This document shows, one piece after another, positions 50,401 to 63,966 of a stretch of DNA of 64,000 nucleotides. Within the stretch, counting starts at the first letter, position 1, and each line of letters opens with the position of its first letter. The stretch comes from Balanoglossus misakiensis. Lineage: Eukaryota; Animalia; Hemichordata. The stretch is from contig CM082581.2 in assembly GCA_040954595.2 (NCBI GenBank), positions 8,603,413 through 8,667,412 of the forward strand, in the 5' to 3' direction. The notes under the pieces were generated by a model. It had not been told where the DNA came from and ran no database searches. It was given only the letters and a program-made list of their open reading frames with translations. The position numbers and the translations under genes are program-made.

Positions 50401-53400
50401 ATTCCAAATTTTCCAGGGTTTTGCTTCAAATGACATGCCGGTATAATTTGGAATGAGATGAACTTCCCACATTGCCAGATTTCATTGTCTCAAACCTTTG
50501 ATATATTTCTTATATTCCCATTTAACCCTTTCACCCTGTGGAGGTTCAAATTCACCATAGAAACCATAGAGTTGGCCCAAACCATGGTGGTGAAATGATT
50601 AATAGACCGGTCCCCAAGCTATGTACTGTAAAAATGGAGGTCACCCATGAGGGAATATGGGAGACAGGGTTTTAAAAAGTTGCCAATGTAGTAGTGCAAC
50701 TGATTTGGATACAAGTATGTCTTCATTTATCTTTCATGTCAGTTTTATTCTCAGATTATCCTCCATATTTATTTCGTAGAGAGTGTTTTATTATCACAGT
50801 GTCACAGCTTTGAAACATGTCCATCTTTCATAGCAATCCTAGCTTTTTTGAGAAATCGTTGGGATTGCCAAACTCTTCACAATGACCTTCGGACTGGCCT
50901 TCCTCGGGATGAACTTTGACCTCTGACCTGTGCCATGCTGTAATACATAACCAGTGTGTAACCAAGTCTCCTAACTCCGTTCTATTTGCATGGAAAGGCT
51001 CTGCAGTTAACATGAGACAACCTGTCAAACCAGCCATTGAAAGGCAACAATCCAAAACAAAAATCTTTGGTTATAGCAAAGGTAAGCACCCCTTTGGCTC
51101 TAAAAAAGTGGTGGAAAGCTAAGGGATACTAAGACGGAAAAAAGAGAGAGAAAAAACAAACGTGTTTTGTAAATTATATTTTAATTTGAATGTTTATGCT
51201 ATAGCATGGATTGAAATCATGAAACTCATACATTCAGATGAAAATGGCTCTATTTTGATATTGTCACATCTACTAACCAGGTGTCAGCTGTGGGTTGAGG
51301 AAATGTGAAACACAGTTGATTATAAGCCCACCAGCCCTGGTCAAGTGCCTTGGATAATTAAAACATCACATGTCATACAAACAACAAACAAAACTGAATG
51401 CAGCTGACTTTAAAATTTGAAGTGCGAAAATTTACCCCCCAAAATGTAAACCCGTCGTTTTAATTATCCATGGCTGATAGTGAACTCTTCATTGTAATAG
51501 AATAGCAGTAGTGGCATTACCATTTCCTTGTTTTTATGTACCTTATATGTTTGATTTCTGTTGGACGTTTGATGATAAAATTCGGAGGTTGCTTTGCACA
51601 GCATGTTCAAAATAATAACCCTTACCCAATCATATAATCGAAAGTTGTAGCAATGGGTAGTTAGTTATTTGTAGGTTTTTACAAAAATGCTGAAATCTGG
51701 TTAATTTCTATATGACGTTACCCAGCCAAATTGCTTGATGGCAGAAAAAATTTCATGAAAGCTATAAATCTAACCGTGCGTCATGATTTATGTGACGGAA
51801 ATATTTTATCTCTCGTGTCTTTGTTGCTATATATGTAAAGCATGTCAACGACATGGACTGCCTGTCGGAACATGGTGTACCGTGTTTACCGTTGCTCATA
51901 CAACCACTCGATGTGACAAAACAGTTATCTCATATTGTAAATGCACATAAATTTACTCAATGATACTACTGTAGTGGAAAGGTTAATCCATGGCTTTTCC
52001 GCGTATGGTTGAAAATCAGTTTTGAAAGACATACCCATTGCTACAACTTAATTATGGTTCCCAGCTAGAACTTAGTTCTTCCCTGCATGAACTTCCCCCA
52101 AACTTGCCTTGGTTAAACTGTAGGGTGCTTGCCTTTCTGAATTAACATTGGTAGATATAGCTGTAGTGTTTTGTTGTTGTTATTGTTTTTAATGCAATGA
52201 GTGGAAAACAACCCAGGTTGTCATATTTTCAGTTGCGAGGTTTGTAGCAGAATTGTTATGAGTTCTGATTGCATGTACGTTCATTCATCATCATGTAAGA
52301 CTGCACTACTTTATAAGTTAACTTTCTAAGTACCACCGCTTTACACTCAGCATTGCAAGAACAAAGTGGACTGTTTCTCATAAAAGTAAAACAAATCCCT
52401 TTTTTTCCATGTAAGTTATTCCTCTAAGTTTTGTCCCTTTGCATCAATCCCATCATGCAGTTCTCCCACTTCCACCCAATAGATAAACTAGATTAGCATA
52501 ACTGGATCCCATTTTCCCCGCTCATCTGCTCCTTTTTCATTTTTCTTGTGCAAAAATAAAAAATGTTTTAGATGATAGGTGTAAAGGGGTGCTTACCATA
52601 CAACTTTATTGTCATTTTATATTATTAACCACTCCAGGTTTTTAATAATTAATTTTCTTTATTTTTGAAAAATTATCTTTTGGGTCAGACACATTTCCTT
52701 CTGTTAACTTAAAGGTGTTGGTGGAGAAAAGGAAGTCTAAAAAATACTAAAAACTATGTAATACATTTTTGCAGTTTTCTCATTTATTTTCATCTCACAG
52801 ATATTTATTAAGTGAGTACCATGTGTAAATTGAAGGCTTGGCTTCAAATGATTTTATAACTCATCTTCTATTGGGGTTTTGAATTGAGCAAAAATTGCAT
52901 TGTGAACATCACGTTACAAAGTTGACATATTTTGTTAATTGTTTCAAATTATATCTCTTTATAAATAAAAAACCCTTCAACCTGTGTTCAGTAAGTTGGG
53001 GGGGATTAAAAAAATTGAAATGATCATTTGATTGAACATTTCAGTGTCACATGCTAAGTGATGTTCTGATGTGTATCTCTTGTACGATCAGTGAGAGTGA
53101 AAAGTATTGCTTGTCTGTGAACAATCACAGACAGTACTACATTGTAAAGAAAAAGATACTGAGAGAGAAACAGAAAAATTCTGGCTAATTACTAATACCA
53201 AAAAAAGGATTTGGTCAGGCAATGAGAAATAAAGGGACAGAAGTTGCTGTTGGTGGACACCTGCATATATAATCAACTGATTCTGGATCTTTTCAATGGT
53301 GTTCCCCTTAAACATGGACATTTTTTTAGCGGTGAACCCATCCCATAAAGTACCTCGAGCAGTGGGTTATGTTTCTTTTTGGAGAGGTTGTAACATCATT

Positions 53401-56400
53401 ATGTGTACTGTTGAGTGTAACCTTTTATTAAAAGGAGGCAGTCCCTAATTATTCCTGGTGCCCTAAACTCATTGCTTTGCTGGCTTTCTGCTGCAGCAGA
53501 CCGTGGTAAGCTGGAATGGTGGTGCTGAGGGGGCTTGGGGCTAATACCATGCAAGATTTACCTTCCCTTTATTAATAACCATAAATATTTCATATTTACA
53601 GCGGCTAAGCTATTGCATATTACCTCCTGGTTCAACCAGAACGTCCTGCATCTTGCAACGACTACTAGTGTCCCTGTTGTCTGCTGATAAAAAGTGCAAA
53701 GTTAAAATGTAAACATTTCCTCATTTGCAGTCTCGTAATTTTTAAAAAGTTACATTGACTTCGTTCTCAATCTCACAGCCTTATTTGCATATGCAAATTG
53801 TGCATACTCACTGCTGTGACAGCTACAGCCAATAGTAGTCATGGTTGAATCTAATGGTAATCTGCAGTGGTTTAGAATTATGACAAGACTGTTGTGATTG
53901 GTAGGAGTGATTTAGAGACAGGATTCTGGTACCAGCCACTGTGATCAGCTGGATTACCCAACTAATAGCATTTTCCTTGTGCATTATGGTATAGAAACCT
54001 GTCTGCCCCCCCCCCCCACCAGTTCACTTGACTTCACCCTTTTACAACTACCACTTGGTCTGACCCCATTGCTCGCGGTGGTTGAATTGGACTGGTCCAC
54101 TAGGTACTTGGGGTGAAATAATGAAGGGGGTTCTCTTCCAACAGGAAAAATGGAGTACAAAGAAGGCACCAGCAGTGTTGCCGGGGGCAACGAGAAAAAA
54201 TACACGCAGGATCTGAGACGACCGTTTGGGGTGGCCGCCATGGAGGTCACTGACATCATACGAGAGAAAGTGGAGAGCGATTACGAGAAGCAGCACTTTC
54301 TGCCATTTCAGCAGTAAGTAACCGAAGTCTGTCTGGCTGCCTGTTTAAAGAAACTTTCATTGTACAGGCAGTAATCGCCAGTTTGAAAAACATATGTCGT
54401 GAATTGTACCCAAATCTTGTGAATACCAGTCTGTGGCAGAGCATATTGCTTATTCAAAATCACACCTGACCTTAAGAGAAATTTTAACATCACAATATTT
54501 TGACATTTTTCAGAGTGGCAGGCGACAGCGAAGTTTTGGATACAGTCATCAAGAAAGTCATCAATGCAAGAGAAATCAATGCCAGGGGTCAAGGGTTATG
54601 GGTCACCATGAGGCTTTTACATGGGGACATCAGTCAGGTAAGTTTGACCTTTAACCCACGAAGTTGATAGTTCACTAGTACAAGAGACAGTAGACTCTAC
54701 AGTGTCAATGCTATGATTCACTGTCAACTTGGTTTAAGACCAGCTAGGCCCAGATTTCCACTTGGACCTGAACCATATTGACTGGATATTGACTTGAATT
54801 GGGAATTCTCATTTTAAATGGCTTTATCATTTTTGACAGATCATCAAAGACTTTGCATTCCTTGTTGACCAGAGGACAGCGGTTGCCAGGAAAATGGGCT
54901 TTCCTGAGGTCATCCTACCAGGTAAGTGAAGTTGTCTTTCTGTGTCCCATGAGGTGTCACTGCCAACAGTTGTTGTGAGGATTTCTCTTTGTTGCACTGC
55001 TAACACATTTCTACCTCGTCTCATTTCAGGTGATGTTCGCAATGATGTGTATGTAACAATGATTAGTGGGGACTTCGACTACAGAGGGAAGACGACGCCC
55101 AAAAATACAGAGGTCACGGTCAAGGTCTGTGACAAGAGTGGCGCTGTCTTGCAAGTAAGTACGATGCTCTGATCACCACAAAGAGACAATACTTGCACTG
55201 AAGTTTGCACTGTGAGGGTGCTTTGCCATATTGAAAAGCGCCCTCATGTGGCAAGTCTGGTAGTCAATGCGATACAAGTTGCTATATTGGTCATGTTTTA
55301 AAAAGAAATGTTGATGTTTTTGTTTCTTTTTTTTAGAACATTGCAACGAATGGACAAGGCCAGCCACTTACTAATGAGTTGAGGTCGTCTGTCTACTATC
55401 AGGTCAAATCCCCCAAATGGAATGAAACATTCAAGGTATTATATTACTGAAGGAATGATTATTTCTCACTTGGTTCAAATGTCAGATACAATATCATGAA
55501 AATTGTTATGGTTTGTTATAAGTGCCCATGTAAACGGAATTGCAGATCTGAGTTTTGGAGCTCATTATTAAGGAATGATGCGCTACTCTGGTTTATGTTC
55601 GGAGAGTGATATACCACCATTTTTTTTGCACCCCAGATTGCATTACCAATTGATGTACCCATCGAAGAGCTACATGGAACGCATCTAAGATTTACATTCA
55701 GACACAGATCATCAAAAGAGTGTGAGTACATGTACCTGTGAATGTGATTATTGAATGTAGAGAGAGATTAGCTCTATAGCCACCAAGTGTGTTAGTATTC
55801 AGCTTTCCACTCACACCAAGCCCAGTAGACTGGCATGATATATAATTTTGAAAACTATGCGAACCAAATTCTCAGAAGCAGGATGTTCTTTGCTGGCCAT
55901 TCCAAGCTCACTGAGTTGTCTTTCAGTGTGAGTTTGCTTCGCTGGTCAATGTTTAATCTCTCTGTATTTTTTTTGAAACCACACAGCCAAAGACAAAGAT
56001 GAGAAGGTGTTTGCGATTTCTTTCCTCAAATTACTGCACGAGAATGGCACCTCGGTGGTGAATGGAGTTCACGACCTTTTGGTTTACAAGGTAATTATAC
56101 ACAGTCTTGATAATGCCAGTGTCCAACTTTACAAGAAATGTGTACTTTTTACAAGTCTGGGTTTTTGATTCATCGCCACATCCTCCGTGTAATTCTGTCA
56201 CTTTCTGCCTGATTCTACCAGTCTGATGGTAAAGTGCCAGTGAATGCCAAGACGTATCTGGAGCTGCCGTCCACCAGGATGGAATTGGAGCAGTTGGGTA
56301 TGCTGCAGTTGCAGCAGAACAAAGGTGGGCTCCACCGCGGGGGATTGAGTCTCAGCGCAAAAGAGAAAGACAGAGACAACTTCCAAGTCTACACTATGGT

Positions 56401-59400
56401 CTGTTCTACAAAGTTTCCACAGAATGGTAAGTTTCTTTTTATGACAGTGCTAAATCTTCTGATATATATGTCTTAATGTTTTAATCTAATGATTAGTACT
56501 GGTAGAATATTTTATCATGGGAGCCTCCCATAGCATTTGTTTTCAGTACGGAGCTGGTACTATGGCTGCAACATGCAAGTGTGAGACGTTATACAAAGAG
56601 CTGACATTTCTTTCTGTTTCATCTTGGCAGTTGATCTACTAGGCTTGTTGAAATGGAGGGCTGATAGTGACTTCAACATAGAGAAAACGCTGACAACCTT
56701 CATGAAGAATGTGGATGGAGAAGAGATTGTCAAGGTGAATATCTTGAAATTGTACTGATATAGCTTGTGTGAGCTGTCCAACTTGATCACGTAGTCGTTG
56801 TGTACTGCCGCTACACAATTTGCCATGTGTTGGTCATAAAAATGCTTGCATAAACCTGTTGAGAGTCTAAGATTTTGATATGAATTTCATCTTTTGATAT
56901 CAAATGTTCCCATTTCCACAGTTTCTGAGAGACACTCTGGAATCTCTGTTCAATATATGGATGGAACACATTGAATCTGACCAGTATGATGAGCTCATCT
57001 TTGATGCACTGGTAAGTTTGGAATTTACATGTGACTCGAACTTCAGTTCATGCATTTGAGTTGCTATTCATTCATTCATTCATTCATTCATTCATTCATT
57101 CATTCATTCATTCATTCATTCATTCATTCATTCATTCATTCATTCATTCATTCATTCATGAGGTTACAATAACTCTGTTTGTTTGATCTCTGTGTGGTGT
57201 AGGTGTTTGTGATAACTCTGATAGCAGACAAGAAGTACCAGCACTTTGGACCTGTGTTGGATGCTTACATCAAGAAACATTTCAGTGCTACTCTGGCTTA
57301 CAAGTGAGTTTTTGGCAATTAGACTTTGCAGCATCTGCAGAATTATTCACGACTGCTTCTGATCTCCCATGAAAGTTTATGTCATGAGTTTTAATGCTGA
57401 GGCTTGATATAACCTGATGTCATTAAATCATAGTTTTTCTCGTTTTTTTTCACCCACACAGGAAACTGATGAGCGTTCTCAACATGTACTTGAACAGAGC
57501 TGATGAGAGGGAGAAACAAGAGCCCCTGTTCAAGTCACTGAAAGCGTTGGAGTACATTTTTAAGTTCATCGTTCGTTCAAGAGTTTTGTATGCACAGTGA
57601 GTTTGTGTTGCTTTTACATCTATACATTGCATAGTATTACTTTCAGATATCGTCAGGTCTGTTTTGCATCTGCTGTAGGTTTTCATGTGCATATTTTGAT
57701 CTGAAAAAAAAATCTGTGCTTAATTTCCAGAGTTTTGGATAACAGTATCCAAGGTAAACAGCAATTTGCGGCTGAAATGAGAGGCCTCTTCCAGTCCATC
57801 AACACCATGATGAAATTTACAAGCACCGTGGATGCCATTTTGCTGTGCCAGGTACAAACACAACAATGTTATATCATTGCCAAGAAAGGTCAAAGCTGAG
57901 CAAATGAACTAAATTATTATGCAAATCAACTAAGAGCAGCTGATGGGAATTCTTGACACAAAAATTGCATAGCAATATTTCCCATTGATGTTCTGTGCGT
58001 ATAATTGAAAAAGACAATTTCTGTCCTATTTCTGTGCTGATTTCAAGTGAGAAAGGTTTATAATAACAAGCTTGTTTCACAAAATGCTGGCTTTACGTCC
58101 TTGCACAATTTATGCTTATGTATGTATTATGAAAATGTTACATTTCCAGGGTGCTGCAATGAAATCTCTGCCAATCATAGTTCCTGTTGTGTTGGAAGTA
58201 TTCGATCACAAGGAACTCAGTATTCTGCTGAAAGAATTCATAGAGAACATTCCCCCGGACAGACTGGTCCGACAGAAGATGATCTGCATCGATGATCTTG
58301 TGCACAGCAGGTTATTTGAAATACCAGGTGAGGGTCAAAAATACTTTGCTAACCAGTGATACCAATGTGTATGTAAGGAACCATGAGAAGCAATCATTGT
58401 GATAGATATAAAGACCACAAGAATTGTGTTGTTTGGTGATTAAGGGAAATTACTGATAATGTGTGATGCATTAGATGAATAGACAGTTGCATTTGACTAT
58501 TACCAGAAGGTGAATTATGATGATATATAAATTGGTGTTTTGCAGAGAGTCGTGGTATTCTGTTGCTGGTGATCACCAAACAGCTGAAACCGCTTCTTGA
58601 GAGGAAAGAGGAGAATCACATCTGTGCCCAGGTGCTCAGTGATATCTTGGAGTTACTCCACAGGAAGGACGTGGTAAGAGATCATCTCATACAAGTGTTT
58701 GTCATGTCAGAGCATGCAGAGCTACATGTACATGTAGTTAGCTAGAAAACTCCTGAGGTACATGTGATAACTTGTTTCTCTTCTTGACCCAGGGACCAAC
58801 ACATACTGATATCAGTATCCTGATGAAAGAGTTACTGAGAACTGTGATACAGACGGTCATCTTCATGGACAGGGACTCGCTACTCATTGTAAGTAAAGTC
58901 ATAAATATATTGTTGTCAATCTGAAATGTGGCAGTCTTTCCTTAGAATAGGAAAATGTCCCCGGGACATTTCTGGATATATCGCCAGGACGATTTCTGAT
59001 CTGTTGCCTTTCGTCCAATCCAGGGCAACTTTGTGGCTTGCATGATTGGCCTGTTGAGGCAAATGAACGAGTATCACTACCAGGAATACATCAAGAACTT
59101 CCGCAGCCGCACCGACTTGATGGATTTCCTGATGGAAATCTTCATGGTTTTCCGCGACTTGGTGTCCAAGAACGTCTTCCCCAGAGATTGGTCTGTCATG
59201 ATCATGTTGCAGAATAGGTAAGGTGCTTTGCCATGTATAATGTATAAGCTGCTAGCCCCTCCCCTCCAACTCCCCACCATGTCCCTTTGACAGTATCTGA
59301 AAAAAAGATATATGTATATATATCTCACCCCTTCTCACCCGATAGCTTCATTTTGGGACATAAGAAAATATTGTTGAACATGTTGTCTAAAAAATGTGTC

Positions 59401-62400
59401 CTATATTTTTTTTTCACTGCCCAGTGTCACACTGAGTGCCATGAAGCATTTCTCGCAGACGCTGAACAGACTCTTCATCGCCGACCACGACTTTGAGTAT
59501 CAGCTGTGGAACAACTTCTTCCATCTCGCCGTTGCATTCCTCACTCAGAGCCCTCTCCAGCTGGAACACTTCTCCACCGGAAAGAGGAGAAAAATTATTG
59601 AGAAGTAAGTGAGCGGTCCCCCACTTGTAAACTTTGAAGAGGCGATCCTGACTTTCTGAGTGTTTTGAAATTTCTAGCTTCAATGCTGTTTACTACATGT
59701 ATATAAACCATTGATAAGTAGTCTTCACAGCATGTATGCCGATTCATTTCCCAGGTACAAAGACATGAGGCGGGAAGTGGGAATAGAGATCATCAGGACC
59801 ATGTGGAACAATCTCGGCAGGCATAAAATCAGATTCATCCCGGAAATGGTGGGCCCATTCCTGGAGGTCACGCTGATCCCGGAAGCAGAGCTTCGAAAGG
59901 CGACCATTCCCATATTTTTCGACATGATGCAGTGCGAGTTCAACACCAGGCGCAATTTCAAAGAGGTACAGAGGTGGCAGTCTAGTGCTCTCTTGCTGGG
60001 AAGTTGAAATCAGCCAATCAAAAAGCTTCTTTCAAGTAGCTTGTGCTTTGTGGGTCAAGGGTCGCAGAATGGTCCAGTGCTGGGAAGTGGTGTATGAGTA
60101 ATTCATGTTTGTGTTTTGGCAGGTGGAGTCTGAGATGATCACTCAGCTAGATGTTCTAGTAGAAGGCGGAAGAGGAGATGAACAGTATAAGGATTTGTTC
60201 AACACAATGTAAGTCTCATACATGCATGTACAGTCTACATGTATGCTTGCACATGTAAAAGTCAGCCTTGCTGAACTTCCCTTTTATAGGTGACACTTTG
60301 CACTGTACAGAAAAAATCGCAGGGCTTAGCTTTGAAAATGGTGAAGGAAATCACTCATCAAGATGCAGATTCATAGAGAATGACTTTGTGCATGGTTTTC
60401 TTCTTGTTTATTTCAGCATGTCAGATCTGTGTAGTAAGCATCAGTTTCTGTGCCACACCGGAGCCGAGTTTGTCCGGCTGGTGATCCGACTCTTGGAGAG
60501 GCTGCTGGACTACAGGGCCATCCTGACCGATGAGAACAAAGAAAACAAAATGAGCTGCAGCGTCAACCTACTGGTAAGCAAATCCTCGCCTACGTCACAT
60601 GTGCACAACACAGAGAAATTCTTACACACATGTGCATTGTAGCTGTGCTGTACTCTGAACTTACTGCTGTTAATGTCACCTTTCAGAATTTCTACAAGGA
60701 GATCGACAGACAAGAAATGTACCTCCGATATCTCTACAAGTTGTGCGATTTACACCTGGAGTGCGACAACCACACAGAGGCTGCATTTACACTACAGTTA
60801 CATGCAGACAGACTGAAAGTAAGTTCCACTGTGTGTTATGCAAACTGCCCAACTTGTGCAGTTTATTCCTTTCAAGAAGGGGATGAAGTTTGTGATGTGT
60901 ACACACTCCAAGCTGTTATTTAAGGTTTTGTTTCATACCTGCACACGAAGTAAATAAAAAAGATTCCTTTTGCGTTATGTCATGTTTTTTTTTAAATGAC
61001 ATGGTGGGAGAATCAACACTCCATGGAATCTTGTACTTTTCCTCCACAGTGGTCCGACGACAGACTCTCGTTCCCGCTGGAGAAGTACCCGAATGTCCAG
61101 ACGCAGAGACAGCTCAAGGAAGCACTGTATTATGACATACTCAACTATTTTGACAAAGGGAAGGTGAGACCAACAGTACTGGATGCAATAGAAATGTTTG
61201 TCTGATGTTTCGTGTTTAGCTTGTCCTGCAAATTGTTCAAATGGTAACTTTCAACATTTTTCTGTGTTTTCTCTGTAGATGTGGGAGAATGGAATTACTC
61301 TGTGCAAAGAACTGGCCAAGCAGTATGAGAATGAGCTGTTTGACTATGTTCAACTCAGTCAAGTGTTGGTAAGATGGTCGTCTTTCTTAGATAAATCCTT
61401 CAAGACTTCAGATGTGTGTGTATGAGAAGCTACATGTGTATGGAAACAGGCGTCTTCATAGGAATAAAAAAATGTGTATTTTCAGAACAGACACAGGTGC
61501 TAGTATTGTAAATTCTATGTTAGGCCTGTGATAATAAAACATTAGCATGACATATCACATCTATCAGTAAATTGATATTTCACCTTCTCTCCCCCTCCTG
61601 CAGAAAAGACAAGCCAGTTTCTATGACCACATCATGCGGTCACCGAGGCCGGAACCAGATTACTTCAGAGTGGGATTCTATGGCCAGGGATTTCCGTTGT
61701 TTCTTAGGGTAAGATGTGTATTTTTGTACCTTGATACGTGTAGTGTGTGTCTTGTGATTATTTGGCATTGACACCTGACGGGTATCTTCACAATCAATGT
61801 ATGTGACAGTGTCCACTTTAATACTGAAATACATGTTACATCTTTATTTCAACCCCCTTTTGTTTGTTTTCAGAACAAATTATTCATCTACCGGGGTAAG
61901 GAATTCGAAAGGTTGGGCGATTTCAATTCCCGATTCACGAACATGTATCCGGCGGCGAAAATGCTGGATAAGACCACGGAGCCGGAGAGGGAAATATGTG
62001 AATCCAAGGGCCAGTGTATCCTTTCAAGTGTGACAGATTTGTCAGAGAAGTTGTGCATGTGTTTTATTGCTTCAGACCAAACTGTGTTGCTTTGCTGACT
62101 TCAAATCTATTAATCATGACTATACTATGGGACTGACAAAGGGCTTATTAGACACATGGTCGCTATACATGTACGGACAGTGCAAGATCTACGATCTTTT
62201 CATTCCACCTTGCTAACAGTGGAAGCGAAAATCCATTGGTTTTCCTTAGCACCAATCAGATCTGCAAATCTGCAAAGTTCAGGCCGTGGAAGAACAGCGA
62301 AGGAAGTTCAAAGGCAAGACAGTCAGTGACCAAATCCTCAGGTGAGTGTGATCAAAGCCATCTCCGTGATAACAGTTGGTGTATTCTTTATAAACCCAGC

Positions 62401-63966
62401 GACATTAAGATATTCACCACAACTTTGCTTTGTATATCTGTCTATCTCTCTAGCTACTACAAAGTGAATGAAGTGCAGAAGTTTGTATATTCAAGGCCAT
62501 TCTTTAAATCAGACAAGAAGGAAGGTGGTGAATTTGCAGTAAGTTTTTCCAAGGGACTGATGTACATGTACTATGTTAAAGAGAGAACTGAATAAAAGAT
62601 CTGAATATTGCGTTTTAAAGCACATGAATAAACTTAAGAAGTACTTCTGTATTGAAAAGATTCAAGCTTTTATGATCTAGATGTACATCCATCAACCTGT
62701 TGTTACCCCATTTTCACCATTGAATAGATCCAACCCTCACCTCTGATAACAATAGAGTAGGGGTAACATCTGATGATTACAAGGTTAGTTAATTGTAAGG
62801 CACTATGAAAACTTACATTCAGGTAATTGCATTGTTTTTCTCCCCCAGAATATGTGGATCGAAAGAACTTACCATGTCACAGCATACAGGTTACCTGGCA
62901 TACTAACTTGGTTTGAAGTGGTTTCCAAACACCCTGTAAGTACATGATGTATGGCGTATCTGATACTCTTATCCCTGTAGCGAAGAAACTTTTGATAACA
63001 GTTTAATTCCTAGGAATTTCTTGGAAATGATAGTCAGTCCTTTTATGTCATCATGATGAAAAAAAATTGATTATCATTACTGATGTGATGTTGAGAACAA
63101 ACCTTAGGCTTCCTCACTCCACTTTGGACAGTATTTTTTGGGTCACTCCCAATGTATACAACCCTGTGCAGTGTACAAGCAGGTCTATGAACTCCATTTT
63201 CCAATGATCAATCTTTTTATTCAAGGAGGAAATAAGTCCGCTGCAGCACGCAGTGGAAATCATGGAAGAGGCGAACCAGGATCTGCGAGCGTTGGTGAAA
63301 CAGTACCAAGTGGACGCCAATCTGCCGTTGAATCCACTGAGTATGAAACTGAACGGAGTGGTGGATGCGGCTGTGATGGGTGGCACTGATGTCTACGAGA
63401 AGGCGTTCTGTACTGAGGAATATTTGAAGGAACACCCAGATGATGAATTGTTGGTAGAAAGACTTAAAGACCAGATTGCTGAACAGGTCAGTACATACAA
63501 CAAATGTAGCTAGAAAGACACAAGTAGATTTCAGCCCATAGCTGTACACAGACTCTGATCAGTTCTTACGATGGAAATGTCAATTAAATATTTTAAAACC
63601 TCCATCTTTCCAGTGCTGTCAATAAAGGACAAGAGTACTTGTAGGTTTATGCCTGACAAAATATTGTGTTATGCCATGCAAACTCCTATTTTGACTGATA
63701 TATCAACTTTTAAAGAAAGCAGTGTCCCACGTACTTTCAGGGTTACATTCTTTTGAATGACATAATACCCAAATTCAGTACGCATAGCAATTTGATAAAC
63801 CAACCAATGGCTTCACTTTTTTGTTGGGGTTTAGATTCCTGTCATAGTGGTCGGTTTGAAACTTCATGCGGCGAGAGCACCGCCCAATCTGAAACCCCTG
63901 CAGGAGAAAATGGAGTCTGTCTTCCAGAAGAGGAAGTCTGTAGTGGAGCTCAGATACGGCAAACGG
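41462..63966 (+). CDS. DOCK1: Dedicator of cytokinesis, DOCK-A subfamily (DOCK1/DOCK180-like Rac GEF); 3'-truncated by the window end
   Basis: Exon 1 41462-41504 [14 protein letters not shown] resembles the DOCK1/5 N-terminus. SH3 exons 47025-47108, 47391-47431, 47817-47872; then 48069-48168, 48292-48440, 48555-48678, 48931-49073, 49287-49368, 49618-49681, 54145-54313, 54514-54637, 54840-54921, 55030-55154 (DHR-1 [11 protein letters not shown]), 55337-55435, and many more. DHR-2 motifs [26 protein letters not shown] and [18 protein letters not shown]. Last visible exon 63835-63966. Probably the pro-ortholog of DOCK1/2/5. Confidence 0.93.
50522..50602. mobile_element. Degenerate TTAA-flanked MITE-like relic (piggyBac-like ends)
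   Basis: TTAACCCTTTCACC...GGTGAAATGATTAA imperfect terminal inverted repeats; a related copy at ~43943-44030. Confidence 0.4.
50998..51081 (+). other. Candidate 84-nt (or 75-nt) frame-preserving cassette exon of DOCK
   Basis: CTAAC branch at 50971, acceptor gaaag| (or ctgcag| at 51006), donor AAG|gtaagc. Phase 1-1 matches the flanking exons; encodes [28 protein letters not shown] with no stop. Confidence 0.5.
53497..53505 (+). other. Candidate 9-nt microexon of DOCK
   Basis: attgctttgctggctttctgctgcag|CAGACCGTG|gtaagc; phase 1-1, adds A-D-R. Confidence 0.45.
57067..57158. repeat. (TTCA)n microsatellite in a DOCK intron
   Basis: Visible perfect repeat. Confidence 0.95.
62016..62259 (+). other. 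U12-type (minor spliceosome) GT-AG intron in DOCK
   Basis: Donor |GTATCCTTT, branch-like TTTCCTTAGC ending ~9 nt before the exon, no polypyrimidine tract; splicing restores ESKGQ-Y-LQICKV. Confidence 0.85.
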
